Shown here piece after piece: positions 34,142 to 45,100 of a stretch of 64,000 bases of DNA. The DNA comes from Bryobacterales bacterium. GTDB lineage: Bacteria > Acidobacteriota > Terriglobia > Bryobacterales > UBA6623. The translations under genes and the position numbers were made by a program. The notes below the pieces were generated by a model that saw only the letters and a program-made list of their open reading frames with translations, did not search any database and was not told the DNA's origin. The stretch spans positions 3,824-67,823 of the forward strand of contig CBDBZZ010000007.1 of assembly GCA_965213745.1 (NCBI GenBank). Reading direction: 5' to 3'. Each line of letters begins with the position of its first letter. The first letter of the stretch is position 1.

Positions 34142-35740
34142 TCAACGGGCGTTGCCGCCAGCGCCTGAGACCCGCGACCTCGGTCCGGCGGCGCGGGCAG
34201 CTTGCCGCCTTGCGTACTCCTCGAGAGCGGCGGTGGCCAAGCTCGCCTGCCCCGTCTGCGCGTAGGCCTTCGCGAGCCGATAGTGGTAGCTCCCGTCATC
34301 GTCCGAGTCCAGCAATTGCTGCAGATGGGGAACCGCTTGCTCGGGGGTTCCCTGCAGCATGTAGGCCCGGCTCAACTCCGCCCGGGCCCGGGTAAGGCTG
34401 GGGCGCAGCTCGAGGGCCCGGGCGAGATCCGCGAGCGCTCCCTCGACCTGGTGCAGGTTCAGCTTCGAGCTGCCCCGCAGAAAAAGCAGTTCCGGCGAGG
34501 CCTCGCTCGCCAGGAGTTCGTCCAGCAGGGGAATTGCCGCAGGGAAGGCGTGCGCCTCGTAGAGGGCGTTGGCAAGTCCAACTTTGAGAATCCGGTTCGC
34601 CGGATCGAGGTCGATGGCCTGCCGCCAGCTTCGAGCGGCCCGCCGGTGGATCCCGCGCCGTCCCAACCTCCGGGCCCGGAGTTCGTGCAGCTGGGCGGAT
34701 TCGGGTAAGTCGGCCAAGCGGTCGTACGCAGCGGCCGCCAGAGCGCTCGCGGCCTGCAACCGCCAGAAGAGCGCGGCCGTGCCCTGCGCCTCCCAAGCCA
34801 GCTCCAGCGCCCGCTCGAGCTTCCCGGCGGCGAACGCGCAAGCCGCGGGAGGCTCTCCGCAGCTGCGGGCGGCGTGGCTGCTTCGCGACGGCCTTGTCGC
34901 CGCGCCGAGCGTCTCATCGCCCGCGTGGCGGGGCAGGGAGGCCAACCGGGCGGCGACGGAATCTCGGGCTGTCTGGCCCAGCTGCCCGTGGCGAGCGAGC
35001 GCCGCCCGCAAGCTTGCTGCAGCCGCATCCAGCGCGCCTTGCTCGAAATGCTGGAGCCCCGCCGCTACGTGCGCCGCCGCGCTCTCGGGATGCTGCTGCT
35101 GCAACTCCTGCGACGCCTCCCGGCCGAGCGCGACATACCCCCGGTTGAGGCCGTACCAGACGCGCGGGGAGTCCGGCAGTTGCTGCGAGACGGCCCGGAA
35201 GTGGGGCAGGGCGCTCCGGTGCCGTCCCGCCAGCAAGAGCGACTCGGCCAGCATGAGCTCCGCATTGCGATCGCCGGGGCTGAAAAGCAGGGCTCGCCGC
35301 AGCGGCTCGATCGCTGCGCGGTAGCGCTGCAACTGGTACTGGCTGGCCCCTAGGAAAAGCCACGCCGGCCCGCTCCGCTCGTCCAGGCGCAGCATGCGCT
35401 GGCAGATCTGGATAGCTTCCCTGTATTCGCTCGCCTTGAACCTCGCCACGGTCAGGTTCAGCAGCAGCCGCAGGTTGTGCGGGTCCTCCCGCAACAATCC
35501 GTCGTAAATGGCCGCAGCCTCGCCGGCGCGGCCTGCCTCCACGAGGGCCCTGGCCCTGGCTGCGGCTTGCTGCGTCTCTGCCCCCGATGGCTGGGCCGCG
35601 GCAGTCGGGGCCCAGGCTAGCAGGCCGGCTAGCGCCAGCGCGGCACCGGGACGCCGAGCGCCCAGGCCGCTGGAGCATGCCGGGTGAAGTCGCAGCCCGC
35701 TGCTCTCAGCCCACCAGGCCCCGGATCGGTTTCCCGCCAT
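34142..35740 (-). CDS. Secreted tetratricopeptide-repeat protein
   Basis: Signal-like ALALAGLLAWAPTAAA; several TPR helices; true start uncertain and probably downstream of 35740. Confidence 0.8.
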   Translation of the reverse strand: MAGNRSGAWWAESSGLRLHPACSSGLGARRPGAALALAGLLAWAPTAAAQPSGAETQQAAARARALVEAGRAGEAAAIYDGLLREDPHNLRLLLNLTVARFKASEYREAIQICQRMLRLDERSGPAWLFLGASQYQLQRYRAAIEPLRRALLFSPGDRNAELMLAESLLLAGRHRSALPHFRAVSQQLPDSPRVWYGLNRGYVALGREASQELQQQHPESAAAHVAAGLQHFEQGALDAAAASLRAALARHGQLGQTARDSVAARLASLPRHAGDETLGAATRPSRSSHAARSCGEPPAACAFAAGKLERALELAWEAQGTAALFWRLQAASALAAAAYDRLADLPESAQLHELRARRLGRRGIHRRAARSWRQAIDLDPANRILKVGLANALYEAHAFPAAIPLLDELLASEASPELLFLRGSSKLNLHQVEGALADLARALELRPSLTRARAELSRAYMLQGTPEQAVPHLQQLLDSDDDGSYHYRLAKAYAQTGQASLATAALEEYARRQAARAAGPRSRVSGAGGNAR

Positions 35741-36986
35741 TGGTGACCTTCACGGGCCGCTTCAAGGGGGTGTCGTACTCGTGCGTCGGATCGATCCCGA
35801 GGATCCCGTACAGGGAGCACATCAGATCCTCGGGCTCCACCGGCAAGTCCGTGATCTCTGCGGCGTGCTTGTCGGTAGCGCCTAGCACGCGCCCCCCGGG
35901 GATGCCGGCCCCCGCCAGCGCAATCGACCAGCAGTCCTTGTGGTGGTCGCGTCCGGCTGCGCTGTTCACCTTGGGCGTCCGCCCGAACTCGCCCATGGCC
36001 AGCACTAGCGTCGTGTCGAGCAGCCCGCGGTCGTGGAGGTCCTCCAGCAGCGTCGCGAAGGCCCGGTCGAACTCGGGCAGCAGGAGCTTCTTCATCGTGT
36101 TGAAGTTGTCGCCGTGGGTGTCGTAATTGAGCCAGCCCTTGGCCACCGTCACGAACCGCACGCCGCCCTCGACGAGCCGCCGGGCCAGGAGGCAGCCCTG
36201 GCCCACCGGGGTGCGGCCGTAGCGCTCGCGCAGAGCTGGTGGTTCGGCCTCGATGTCGAACGCCTCCTTCGCCTTGGGGGAGCTCAGGAGCGCGTAGGCC
36301 CGCTCGCGGTAGGGGTCCAGCGAGGCGAAGCCCCGGCTGGATTCGATGGCCCGGAACTTCGCATCCATGTGCTCGAGCAGCTTGCGCCGGTTGCCGAGCC
36401 GCGACCAGTCGACATCGGCGGCCAGGCTCAGGTCGCGGGCGCGGTAGCCCGGCACGTTGGGGTCCCCCGCGTTGTAGGGGTTGTGGTCGCCGCCCAGGAA
36501 TCCTGCGCCGTAGGACGGGAACGTCTGCGGCACCGCGACGTAGGGCGGGAGGCCGTTCCGCGGGCCGAGGCGCTCCGAGACGACGGAGCCGATGCTCGGG
36601 AATTCGATGGTGGGCAGCGGCAGGTAGCCCGTCAGCAGGTAGTTGATGGCGCGCTCGTGGTTGTTCTCCTGCGACTTCATCGACCGCAGGATGGTGAACT
36701 TGTCGGTCTGCCGGGCGGTCAGCGGGAGATGCTCGCAGATCTGGAGGCCGGGGGTCTTGGTCGGGATGGGCTGGAACTCGCCCCGATACTCCACCGGCGC
36801 ATCCGGCTTCATGTCGAAGGTGTCCTGCTGCCCGCACCCGCCGCTCTGCCAGATCAGGATGCACGCAACGTCCCGGCGCTCCCGGGCGCGCAGGGCCCGG
36901 TCCAGCGTCAGCCCGAGCGGGGCCAGCGAGCCGATGCGCAAGAAGTCGCGGCGGCCGAACAGCGAAGTGTGGTTGGTGACTGCCAT
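35706..36986 (-). CDS. DUF1501 domain-containing protein
   Basis: RRDFL, ILIWQSGG..QQDTFDMKP, ARRLVEGGVRFV, YDTH, MGEFGRTP, GRDHH. Confidence 0.92.
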   Translation of the reverse strand: MAVTNHTSLFGRRDFLRIGSLAPLGLTLDRALRARERRDVACILIWQSGGCGQQDTFDMKPDAPVEYRGEFQPIPTKTPGLQICEHLPLTARQTDKFTILRSMKSQENNHERAINYLLTGYLPLPTIEFPSIGSVVSERLGPRNGLPPYVAVPQTFPSYGAGFLGGDHNPYNAGDPNVPGYRARDLSLAADVDWSRLGNRRKLLEHMDAKFRAIESSRGFASLDPYRERAYALLSSPKAKEAFDIEAEPPALRERYGRTPVGQGCLLARRLVEGGVRFVTVAKGWLNYDTHGDNFNTMKKLLLPEFDRAFATLLEDLHDRGLLDTTLVLAMGEFGRTPKVNSAAGRDHHKDCWSIALAGAGIPGGRVLGATDKHAAEITDLPVEPEDLMCSLYGILGIDPTHEYDTPLKRPVKVTNGGKPIRGLVG

Positions 36987-37014
36987 GTCGCGCTCCGTGG
37001 GTCCCCGGTTCCGC

Positions 37015-39435
37015 CTAGTGCTGGTACAGGAACTCGTTCGAGTTCAGCAAGGCCCAGAACACATCCTCCAACCCCTCGCGGCGAGTGCCCGCCAGCGCCA
37101 CGGACTCGAGCGCAGCCTCCGTCTCGGCGCGGCCGGGGTGCCGGGCCAGCGTCCGCAGGTACAGCTCTTCGATGATTTCCCGGTCTTCCCGGCCTTCCGC
37201 GACGAGGCGGGCCAGGACGCCGTCGGCGGCGCTGATCTTCTCGTGGACCGTGTCGCCGCTGACCAGGTGCAGCGCTTGGTTGAGCGAGTTCGACGTGGCC
37301 CGGTCGGCTACCAGCTGCCGCGACGGGCGGTCGAAGACGTCCAGGAAGTACGAAGGCACCTCGGGCTCGGGCAGCTGTGCGGCGCGGGTCCCGGAGTACA
37401 GCGAGGGGAACTGCTCCGGCACGCCGGTGGCCAGCGAGATCGAGTCCAGCAGCTGTTCGGCGCTCAGGCGCCGGGCGTAGTAGCGGGAGTGGCCCAGCAA
37501 GTCCTCCCGGTTGGCCTCGGTCGGGACGGCCGACAGCTGGTAGGTGCGGCTGGAGACGATGCGCCGGATCAGGTGGTGCAGGTCGTATCCGGACTCCACG
37601 AAGTCGGCGGCTAGGGCGTCGAGCAGCTGGGGGTTCGCGGGCGGATTGGTCTCGCGGAAGTCGTCCACCGGCTCCACGATGCCTCGCCCCAGGAACTGCT
37701 TCCACATCCGGTTGACGAGGGCGCGGCTGAAGTACGGATTGTCCGGAGCCGTCATCCAGTCCGCCAGCGCCACGCGGCGATCCCGCCAGGGGCCCGCCTC
37801 GGCGTAGGGGCCGCCGAGAGCCTTCGCCCGGTACACCCTGCCGTTCTCAGGGTGCTGGAACTCCCGGTCGAAGTCCACGTAGAGGATCCGCTCGTTGTTG
37901 CGCGGGCCGGCGCCGCCCTTGTAGCGGATCTGGGAGAAGAAGGCCGCCATGCCGTTGTAGTCGTTCTGCGACCAGCGCTCCAGGGGGTGGTCGTGGCACC
38001 GGGCGCATTCGATGCGGACGCCGAGGAAGAGCTGGCTAGTCTGCGCCGCGAGGTCCAGCGGCTTCTTCATCAGGGGATAGAAGCTCGCCGCCGGGTTGTC
38101 GTACATGTTGCCGGACGAGGTCAGCAACGCCCGGACGAACTCGTCGTAGGGCAGGTTGGCGCGGAAGGCGTCGTAAAGCCAGCGCGTGAAGGTGTACGGG
38201 CCCTTGTTGTAGAGCAGCTGCTTGGTGTTGTTCAGGTGGTCGCCCCAGTACAGGGACCAGAAATCGGCGTACTCCGGCCGCTCCAGCAGGCTGTCGACCA
38301 GCTTGGCGCGTTTCGCCGGATCGCCGTCGGCCAGGAAGGCCCGGGCCTCTGCCGCTGTGGGGACGACGCCGATCACGTCGAGGTAGGCCCGGCGCAGGAA
38401 CGTTGCGTCGTCCGCCAAGCCGGACGGGGGCACGTGCAGGTCCTTGAGCTTCCGGAACACATGCCGGTCGACGAAGTGCTCGCTCCGCCATGCGGGCACG
38501 GGGTGCTGCTCGGTCACCACGCCGACGCGGGCCGCCACGACCGATCCGAGAGCTCGCACCAGCACCGTTGTCTGGCCGCGGGCCCGCGAGGTGACTCGGC
38601 CGCGGTCGTCCACCGCGACGACCGTGTCGTCGTGCGATTCGAAGTGGGCCCAATCCGTGAGGTCCTTCTCGGTGCCGTCCGAGAAGCGTGCGGTCACCAG
38701 CAGCTGCAGGGTCGCGTGGCCGCCGTGCAGGACCGCCTCGGCGGGATGGACGGCGAGGCTCTCCAAGCGCTTCTCGACCGTCGCGTCGAGGCGGGCCCCG
38801 GCGCGGATCCAGGCGAGCAGCGTGCGGTACTCCGCCGAGTCCGGGGCGAAGCGCTGGCCTCCTCCGTGGGCCTCTTGGAAGGTGGGCTTGCGGAGCAGCA
38901 GGCTGTTCTCCGGAGCCTGCAGATCGACCCGGCGGCCGTCGTGCTCCTCGACGATCATCCGGTAGTCTGCGGCGGGGCGATAGCCGAACAGAGACAGCTC
39001 GAATCCGTTCTGGCCGTTCATCGCGCCGTGGCAATTGCCGCCGTTGCAGCCCGTCTTGGTCAGGACTGCGAGCACGTCGCCGCCGAAGGTGACCGGCGCG
39101 GGAGAGTCCGCCCGTTGGATCAGCGCGGTCGTCGAGGCGGTCAGGCCGGCGTAGGTAGCCTCGATGCGGGCGCCGCCGAAGGCTGCGGCGCGAACCACCC
39201 CGGAGGCCGACACGCTCGCCACCGAGGGGTTGGCCGAGAGGAACCGGGCCCGCCCGGTTACGTCTTCGAGCCGCCCGTCGCGATGCTGCGCTAGAACGAT
39301 CAGGCGCTGCTCGGCCGCCTGGCCGAAAAGGAGAGGGTTCTCGGGGAGGACCGCGATGCTGTCCGGCGAAGCGCCCCCCGCCCGTCCCGCCGCGAGGAGG
39401 AGGATCAGCCCGCACGCCAGGTACTGCTGCATCAA
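37015..39435 (-). CDS. DUF1549/DUF1553 protein with Ig-like domains and heme c motifs
   Basis: CNGGNCHG, FLRRAYLD, CARCHDHP, NPYFSRALVNRMW, GIVEPVDD, RRLSAEQLLD. Confidence 0.92.
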   Translation of the reverse strand: MMQQYLACGLILLLAAGRAGGASPDSIAVLPENPLLFGQAAEQRLIVLAQHRDGRLEDVTGRARFLSANPSVASVSASGVVRAAAFGGARIEATYAGLTASTTALIQRADSPAPVTFGGDVLAVLTKTGCNGGNCHGAMNGQNGFELSLFGYRPAADYRMIVEEHDGRRVDLQAPENSLLLRKPTFQEAHGGGQRFAPDSAEYRTLLAWIRAGARLDATVEKRLESLAVHPAEAVLHGGHATLQLLVTARFSDGTEKDLTDWAHFESHDDTVVAVDDRGRVTSRARGQTTVLVRALGSVVAARVGVVTEQHPVPAWRSEHFVDRHVFRKLKDLHVPPSGLADDATFLRRAYLDVIGVVPTAAEARAFLADGDPAKRAKLVDSLLERPEYADFWSLYWGDHLNNTKQLLYNKGPYTFTRWLYDAFRANLPYDEFVRALLTSSGNMYDNPAASFYPLMKKPLDLAAQTSQLFLGVRIECARCHDHPLERWSQNDYNGMAAFFSQIRYKGGAGPRNNERILYVDFDREFQHPENGRVYRAKALGGPYAEAGPWRDRRVALADWMTAPDNPYFSRALVNRMWKQFLGRGIVEPVDDFRETNPPANPQLLDALAADFVESGYDLHHLIRRIVSSRTYQLSAVPTEANREDLLGHSRYYARRLSAEQLLDSISLATGVPEQFPSLYSGTRAAQLPEPEVPSYFLDVFDRPSRQLVADRATSNSLNQALHLVSGDTVHEKISAADGVLARLVAEGREDREIIEELYLRTLARHPGRAETEAALESVALAGTRREGLEDVFWALLNSNEFLYQH

Positions 39436-41453
39436 TCGACGATCACCGTGATCGGCGGGGCCTGCTCCGTCGCGCCGCTGGGATCGGTGCCCAATATAGC
39501 AACCGTGGGGTAGCTTCCTCGAGCAGCCTCCGCCGCCGCTCGCAGAGTTATTGTCAACCGGTCTGCGTGCCGGTCGAAGGATTCCGCGGTGAAAACTAGG
39601 CCCTCGGGCAAGTTCTCGACTGCGATTCGGAGGGGGCCGCCGGCGTCCGGTGCGCGGCGGACCGCGACGGGGACCTGGGCGCTGCCGCCGCGGACCAGGT
39701 TGACCGTGCGGAGCTGCGCTTCCAGGTTGAATCGAGGGCGCTCGGCGACTGCTAGCGCAACGTGGGCCACTTGCGCCTCGGTCGCGCCCTCACCGCCCCC
39801 GCTGGCGATGCGCACCGAGCGCCAGCCGACCGCGCGGTGCCCTGCGGCCACCACGCGGGCCGTGGCGAAGCTGCCCGGCGGCCCGGCGGCGCGGAACGGC
39901 AGGAGCACATCCTCCGGCTTCGCGTCCTGCCCCGCAGGGGGGGCCGAGCTCGGAGGGATCGGAACGGGGTCCCCGACGAACCCCTCCGGCAGGCCAGCTA
40001 GCGCCAGCTCCGCGCCTGCCGCGAATCCTTCCAGACGGTGGACGGCCACCCCCACCTTGCCGTCTTCGCCGGCATAGGCGTAGGACCGGTCGCTGTCCAG
40101 CAGCAGTTCGAGCCGGGGCCGCGGCTGCCGGATCTCCAGGAAGTATTGCCTCGCCGGGCCCGCCGGGAGCCACAGGCTGCGCACCTGCAGCTCGTAGGTA
40201 CCGGCTCGCTCGAACGTATGCACGAGTTGGGGGTCCTTGTTGAAGCGCACGCCCGGGAAGCTCGCGTCGTCGTTGGCGGCGACCTCGGTCGGCGTCGTCT
40301 CGGGGTCGGGGCCGACGATGCGGAGCGTCATGTCCGCGGGCGAGCCGAGCCGCTGCGCCCGGACCTCGAACACCAGCGTCTCGCCCGCTTGGGCCTGGAA
40401 GGCGAAGCGTTCGGGCTGTTCGTAGCGGGCGGTGCCGACTACGACAGACGGCACTGCCAGAGGGCCGTCGCCGGCGTGAAGCGGAAGGTTGTGGAGCCAG
40501 ATCGCGAGGGGATTCGAGCGGCCCTCCGAGGTCGCGACGGCTAGAGTCCGCTGGCCCCGGGGTGCGTTCTCGGCCGCGGTGATGCGGACCGCGGCCCGGC
40601 CGGCCCCGACCTCGCCCAGCTCGGCGACCAAACCTTCCCCGGAAAGCTCCAGCGAGAAGTCGCCGGCAGGCAAGCCGACGCCGAAAATGGTCGCTTCGGT
40701 CGTCGCTCCCGCGGCGAAGGCGAGGGGCGAGATCGCCTCCAGGAATGGGGCCTGGCGCACGTCAAGCTGGTACCCGTGGGTGGGCCGGGCTCGGCTCCGA
40801 GTGGGCTGGAGCACGACCGTGTACTCGCCTGAGTCGGGGATGGTGTAGCCGAAGAACGGATCCCAGATGAAATAGTCCTCGCTGTGGAGCAGTTTCCGGC
40901 CAGCGCTGTCGAGCAAAATCATGGACGGGTCGAGGCCACTGCCGTTGCGCGCCGCCCGCGCGTCGAAGATCCACTCCTCGCCCGCCTCGGCGGCGAAGCG
41001 GAAGGTGTCGATATCGTCGGCCCGGTCCAGGCGGCCGTTCAAGGTCGCCGGGGCCGCGAAGGCCTGGGCCTGCTCCAGGCGGTCATTCGGCTCGGATTCC
41101 AAGAGGTGCGGTTGGTCGCCGACGCGGAACAGCAGCACGTTCGAAGGCCCTCGCGGACTCACCACGCGGAAGTAGTGCGGCCCGAGGGCCGCTGCGGAGT
41201 CGATCTCCAGATGCACCGTGAGCCGGGAGTGCCGGCTTTCCACTACAGCGCCGCGGAGGCCCTCGGAGAGGAACACGACCTCGCGGCTGCGGTCGAGGTG
41301 CTGGCCGAGGATCTCGACCGTCAGGGCGGAGCCCGGGCCGGCCCCCTGCGGGAACACCGAGGCCATTTGCGGCAGACGGTGCTCCACTTCCCCTGCCCCC
41401 GCGCCGGCCGCGAGGGCAGTCGTCAGAAGGACCGACAAGCAAGCCAACGCCAT
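39432..41453 (-). CDS. Secreted PPC (pre-peptidase C-terminal)/Ig-like repeat protein
   Basis: Signal peptide; VFPQGAGPG, ESEPND, DIDTFRF, AQRLGSPAD, NDD; usual partner of DUF1549/DUF1501. Confidence 0.8.
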   Translation of the reverse strand: MALACLSVLLTTALAAGAGAGEVEHRLPQMASVFPQGAGPGSALTVEILGQHLDRSREVVFLSEGLRGAVVESRHSRLTVHLEIDSAAALGPHYFRVVSPRGPSNVLLFRVGDQPHLLESEPNDRLEQAQAFAAPATLNGRLDRADDIDTFRFAAEAGEEWIFDARAARNGSGLDPSMILLDSAGRKLLHSEDYFIWDPFFGYTIPDSGEYTVVLQPTRSRARPTHGYQLDVRQAPFLEAISPLAFAAGATTEATIFGVGLPAGDFSLELSGEGLVAELGEVGAGRAAVRITAAENAPRGQRTLAVATSEGRSNPLAIWLHNLPLHAGDGPLAVPSVVVGTARYEQPERFAFQAQAGETLVFEVRAQRLGSPADMTLRIVGPDPETTPTEVAANDDASFPGVRFNKDPQLVHTFERAGTYELQVRSLWLPAGPARQYFLEIRQPRPRLELLLDSDRSYAYAGEDGKVGVAVHRLEGFAAGAELALAGLPEGFVGDPVPIPPSSAPPAGQDAKPEDVLLPFRAAGPPGSFATARVVAAGHRAVGWRSVRIASGGGEGATEAQVAHVALAVAERPRFNLEAQLRTVNLVRGGSAQVPVAVRRAPDAGGPLRIAVENLPEGLVFTAESFDRHADRLTITLRAAAEAARGSYPTVAILGTDPSGATEQAPPITVIVD

Positions 41454-42130
41454 GATGCGGTTTCCATCGTACAGGCCCCCCGCCCCGTGCCGGGCGCGTT
41501 GATGGCGAGGAACCCTCGGCGGGGATGCGTGCGCGGTGTGCGCCCACCGTGCGCCAGGGCCGTGGGCGCCTGCGGCCGCCGTTGGCCCAGCCAGGGCCAT
41601 TGCGCAAACAGTGTCCGTTGGCCGCCTTTAGCCGTCCGGGGCCGAGCGCTGGAGGCGCGGGGAGAGGATCCGCTGCGGTTGCCGGGTAGCCCGGCTCGAG
41701 GAGGCGCTTCCGGGGCGCCCGGGGATCGCGACGAACTTCGGCACCGCCCCGCGGATGGCGGGCCGGTAGCGCGAGGCGCCCCCGGGGTTCGAGGCCGTCC
41801 TGGAGGCCGAGCTGGGAGCTCAGCACCTCCGCCCTTGGATCGGTGCCGCCCAGCTCGCCCTGAACGGCCCTCGGGCAGCCGGGCCGGCCTTGCGGCCTGG
41901 CCGAGCCGACCAAGCCCCGCCGCATGGGGGTGGCGGCTCTGCCGGCCGACGGCGACGGCACCATGCACCGCCAGCTGGCGCAGGCCCAGGATGCCCGCTG
42001 GATACCAACGCGTCAGGCAGCTCCTGGACGAGCGGCGGGATGCGAGAGAGCTGCGGATCACCCCTCCGTGGATTCTGGGCAGCCCGGGCGGGATTTCGCG
42101 GAAAGTCGACGGGCGCCTGCGTCGTCGCTC

Positions 42131-42159
42131 TTGCCACGGAGCAGCTAGCGGTGTAATCT
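42131..42159 (+). promoter_or_regulatory. Sigma70-like promoter, leaderless transcript for the TonB receptor
   Basis: TTGCCA-N17-TAATCT, 6 nt before ATG 42166; no SD. Confidence 0.6.
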
Positions 42160-42165
42160 CTGGGC

Positions 42166-45100
42166 ATGGCACGTTTTCTGCGATTGCTGGTTCTGGCGGG
42201 GGCCTGCCTGGGCAGCGCCTGGGGGCAGGGTGCCGTGGGAACCCTCAACGGCACTGTCCTGGACACCACGGGCGCCCTGATTCCAGGGGCCACTGTGATC
42301 GCCACGAATGTGGGCACGGGCGTGGAGAACGCCACGTCGTCCACTACGGCGGGGGCCTACACGCTGCCGTACCTGCAGCCGGGCACCTACACGCTGCGCA
42401 TCTCGGCCCCTGGCTTCCGCACCGCGAACCGGGAGAACGTCATCCTCCGCGTGGGCCAGACGATGACGGTCAACGTCACGATGGAGGTCGGCTCTGTGAC
42501 CGAGGAGGTGACAGTCAGCGCCGCGCCTCCGCTGCTCGAGTCCGGCACTGCGGAAATCGGGCGCTACGTGAGCGCCGAGGAGTACCAGAACTGGCCGATC
42601 TTCGTCGAGGACGGCCAGCGCCAGATCCAGAGCTTCATCTTCCGCAGCCTCCCGGGAACGACGGGCGGCGAGTTTCAGGGCTCGATCAACGGCGGCCAGC
42701 AGTATTCCCACGAAATCCTCATCGAGGGCATTCCGGTAGGCCGGATGGACCTCTCCGGCGGCAACAACAACGAGATGAGCCCCTCGGCGGAGGCGGTGGG
42801 CGAGTTCAAGCTCCACACCGGGTCCATCAACGCCCAGTACAACGGCGGCCACACCGCAGTGGCGAACTTCAATTTCAAGTCCGGCACGAACGGCCTGCAC
42901 GGCTCGATCTTCTACTACGGCCAGAACGAGGGGCTGAACGCCAACACGTATGCCAACAACTCCCGGGGGGTCGAGAAGAAGTCCCCGTTCCGGCAGCACA
43001 ACTACGGTTATTCGCTGGGCGGCCCGATCTACATCCCCAAGGTCTACAACGGGCGGAACAAGTCCTTCTTCTTCACGAACTTCGAGCGCACCACCCGCTC
43101 GAACTTCAACATCTCCGGCCTGACGACGACGCTGGCCAACCGGGATTTCAAGGCCGGCGACTTCAGCCGGCTCCTCAATCCGGCCTTCACGGGCAACGCC
43201 GCCTCCGGGGCCCCGGTTGCGAACGACCTCGGCCAGAACGCGGTCTTCGGGGCGATCTTCGACCCGCTGAGCACATCCTCGGCCAACGGCGTCGTGACCC
43301 GGCTGCCGTTCGCCAACAACATGGTTCCCCAAAACCGGTTCAGCGCCGTCTACAACAACATCCAAGGCGTCGGCCTGATCGACCCGGAGCAGGACATCAT
43401 GGTCCGCAACACGCCGACCATCGGCACCTGCTGCCCGTTCTTCTCGCTGTACACGGTCGGCGTCAAAGGGGACCACAACATCGGCGACAAGCACCGCATC
43501 TCCGGGGTCTACAACCACGAGTACCGCATCCGCAACAACAACGGCGGCCCGCGGCACCTGCCCGTGCCCGGCATACCGACGCAGACCTGGCAGGACCAGT
43601 ACACGCCGTCGCGGATGGTCCGCTTCTCGGTCAACTCCACGCTCAGCAACACCGTCATCAACCGGTTCGCGAGCGGCTACAACCGGTTCCGGAACAGCAA
43701 CGAATCGGTCTTCGTGGACGAGGACTGGGCCACCACCGTCGGCGTCCAGGGCACGTCCCCGTCCCACTTTCCGCGGATGAATTTCAGCGGCAACGAATGG
43801 CAGGGCGGCCTCATCGGCCAGATCGGGTCCAGCAACGCCGGCGAGGGCTTCAACGGCAGCTGGATCTTCCAGGACGACATGACGATCATCCGGGGCGCCC
43901 ACACGTTCCGCGTGGGCTACGAGTACCGCCGGTACTTCCTGAACACCCGCTCCAAGAACGGGTCCGGGAACTTCAACTTCACCCCGATCCAGACCCACCT
44001 GCCCGGCTTCAGCAACGAGACCGGCCACGCCTTCGCCAGCTTCGTCCTGGGCGCGGTGCATTCGGCGGGCCGCAGCGTCACGACGCTCTACAGCGGCCAC
44101 CGCCACCCTTCGCACGGGTTCTACTTCACCGACGACTGGAAGGTGACGCCGAAGCTGACCCTCAACCTGGGCCTGCGCTGGGAGGTCATCCAGCCCTTCT
44201 TCGAGCTGACCAACCGGATGTCGCAGGTGGACCTGGACACCCCGAACCCCGCCGCCGGCGGCCTGCCGGGCGCGTTCGTCTTCGGCGATCGGTTCCAGAA
44301 CACCAACTGGAGGCAGCTGGGGCCGCGCTTCGGGTTCGCCTACCAAGCGACCCCGAGGATGGTGGTGCGCGGCGGATACGCGGTCACGAACATGCCGCCG
44401 ATCCGCAACGACTGGAGCTTCGGAGGCTTCACCCGGGGTTTCAGCGCCAGCATCCCGATCAACGCCGGCACGAGCCCGACCGGATTCGCCGACGACCCCT
44501 CGCACTGGCTGGACCAGCCCTACCCCGCGTTCGAGGGCACGCTGCCCGACACCGACCCCGGCCAAGGGCTTTTCACCGGCGTCCAGACGACCGCCCAGGA
44601 CAGCACGCGGCTGCCGTACACCCAGAACTGGAACCTGACGGTTCAGTACCAGCTGCCCCACGAGTTCGTGCTGGAGACCGCCTACATCGGCAACGTGGGC
44701 CGCAGGCTCCGGAGTTCGTACTTCAACAATCTCAACCCGCTGCCCGTCAGCGCCCTGGCCGTAGGCGACGCGCTCTTCGCGCAGGTGGGCGACTACCCGC
44801 AGTACAAGCCGTACCCCGAATTCCCCGACAGCCAGTCCGTCGCGCAGGCCCTCCGCCCCTATCCGCACTACACCGCCGTGACCGAGGCCTATCCGCACAA
44901 CTCCAACTCGAGCTACCACTCGGCGCAGATCACGATGACGCGGCGCTTCAGCAACGGGCTCGGGGTGTTGGGGGCCTACACGTGGTCCAAGGCCATCAGC
45001 CAAGCCAACGACACCGCCCTCCAGATCGGGTGGACGGGCGCGATCCAGGACCACTTCAACCGGGGCCTCGAGCGGGCCGTCGCCGCCTACCACGTGCCGC

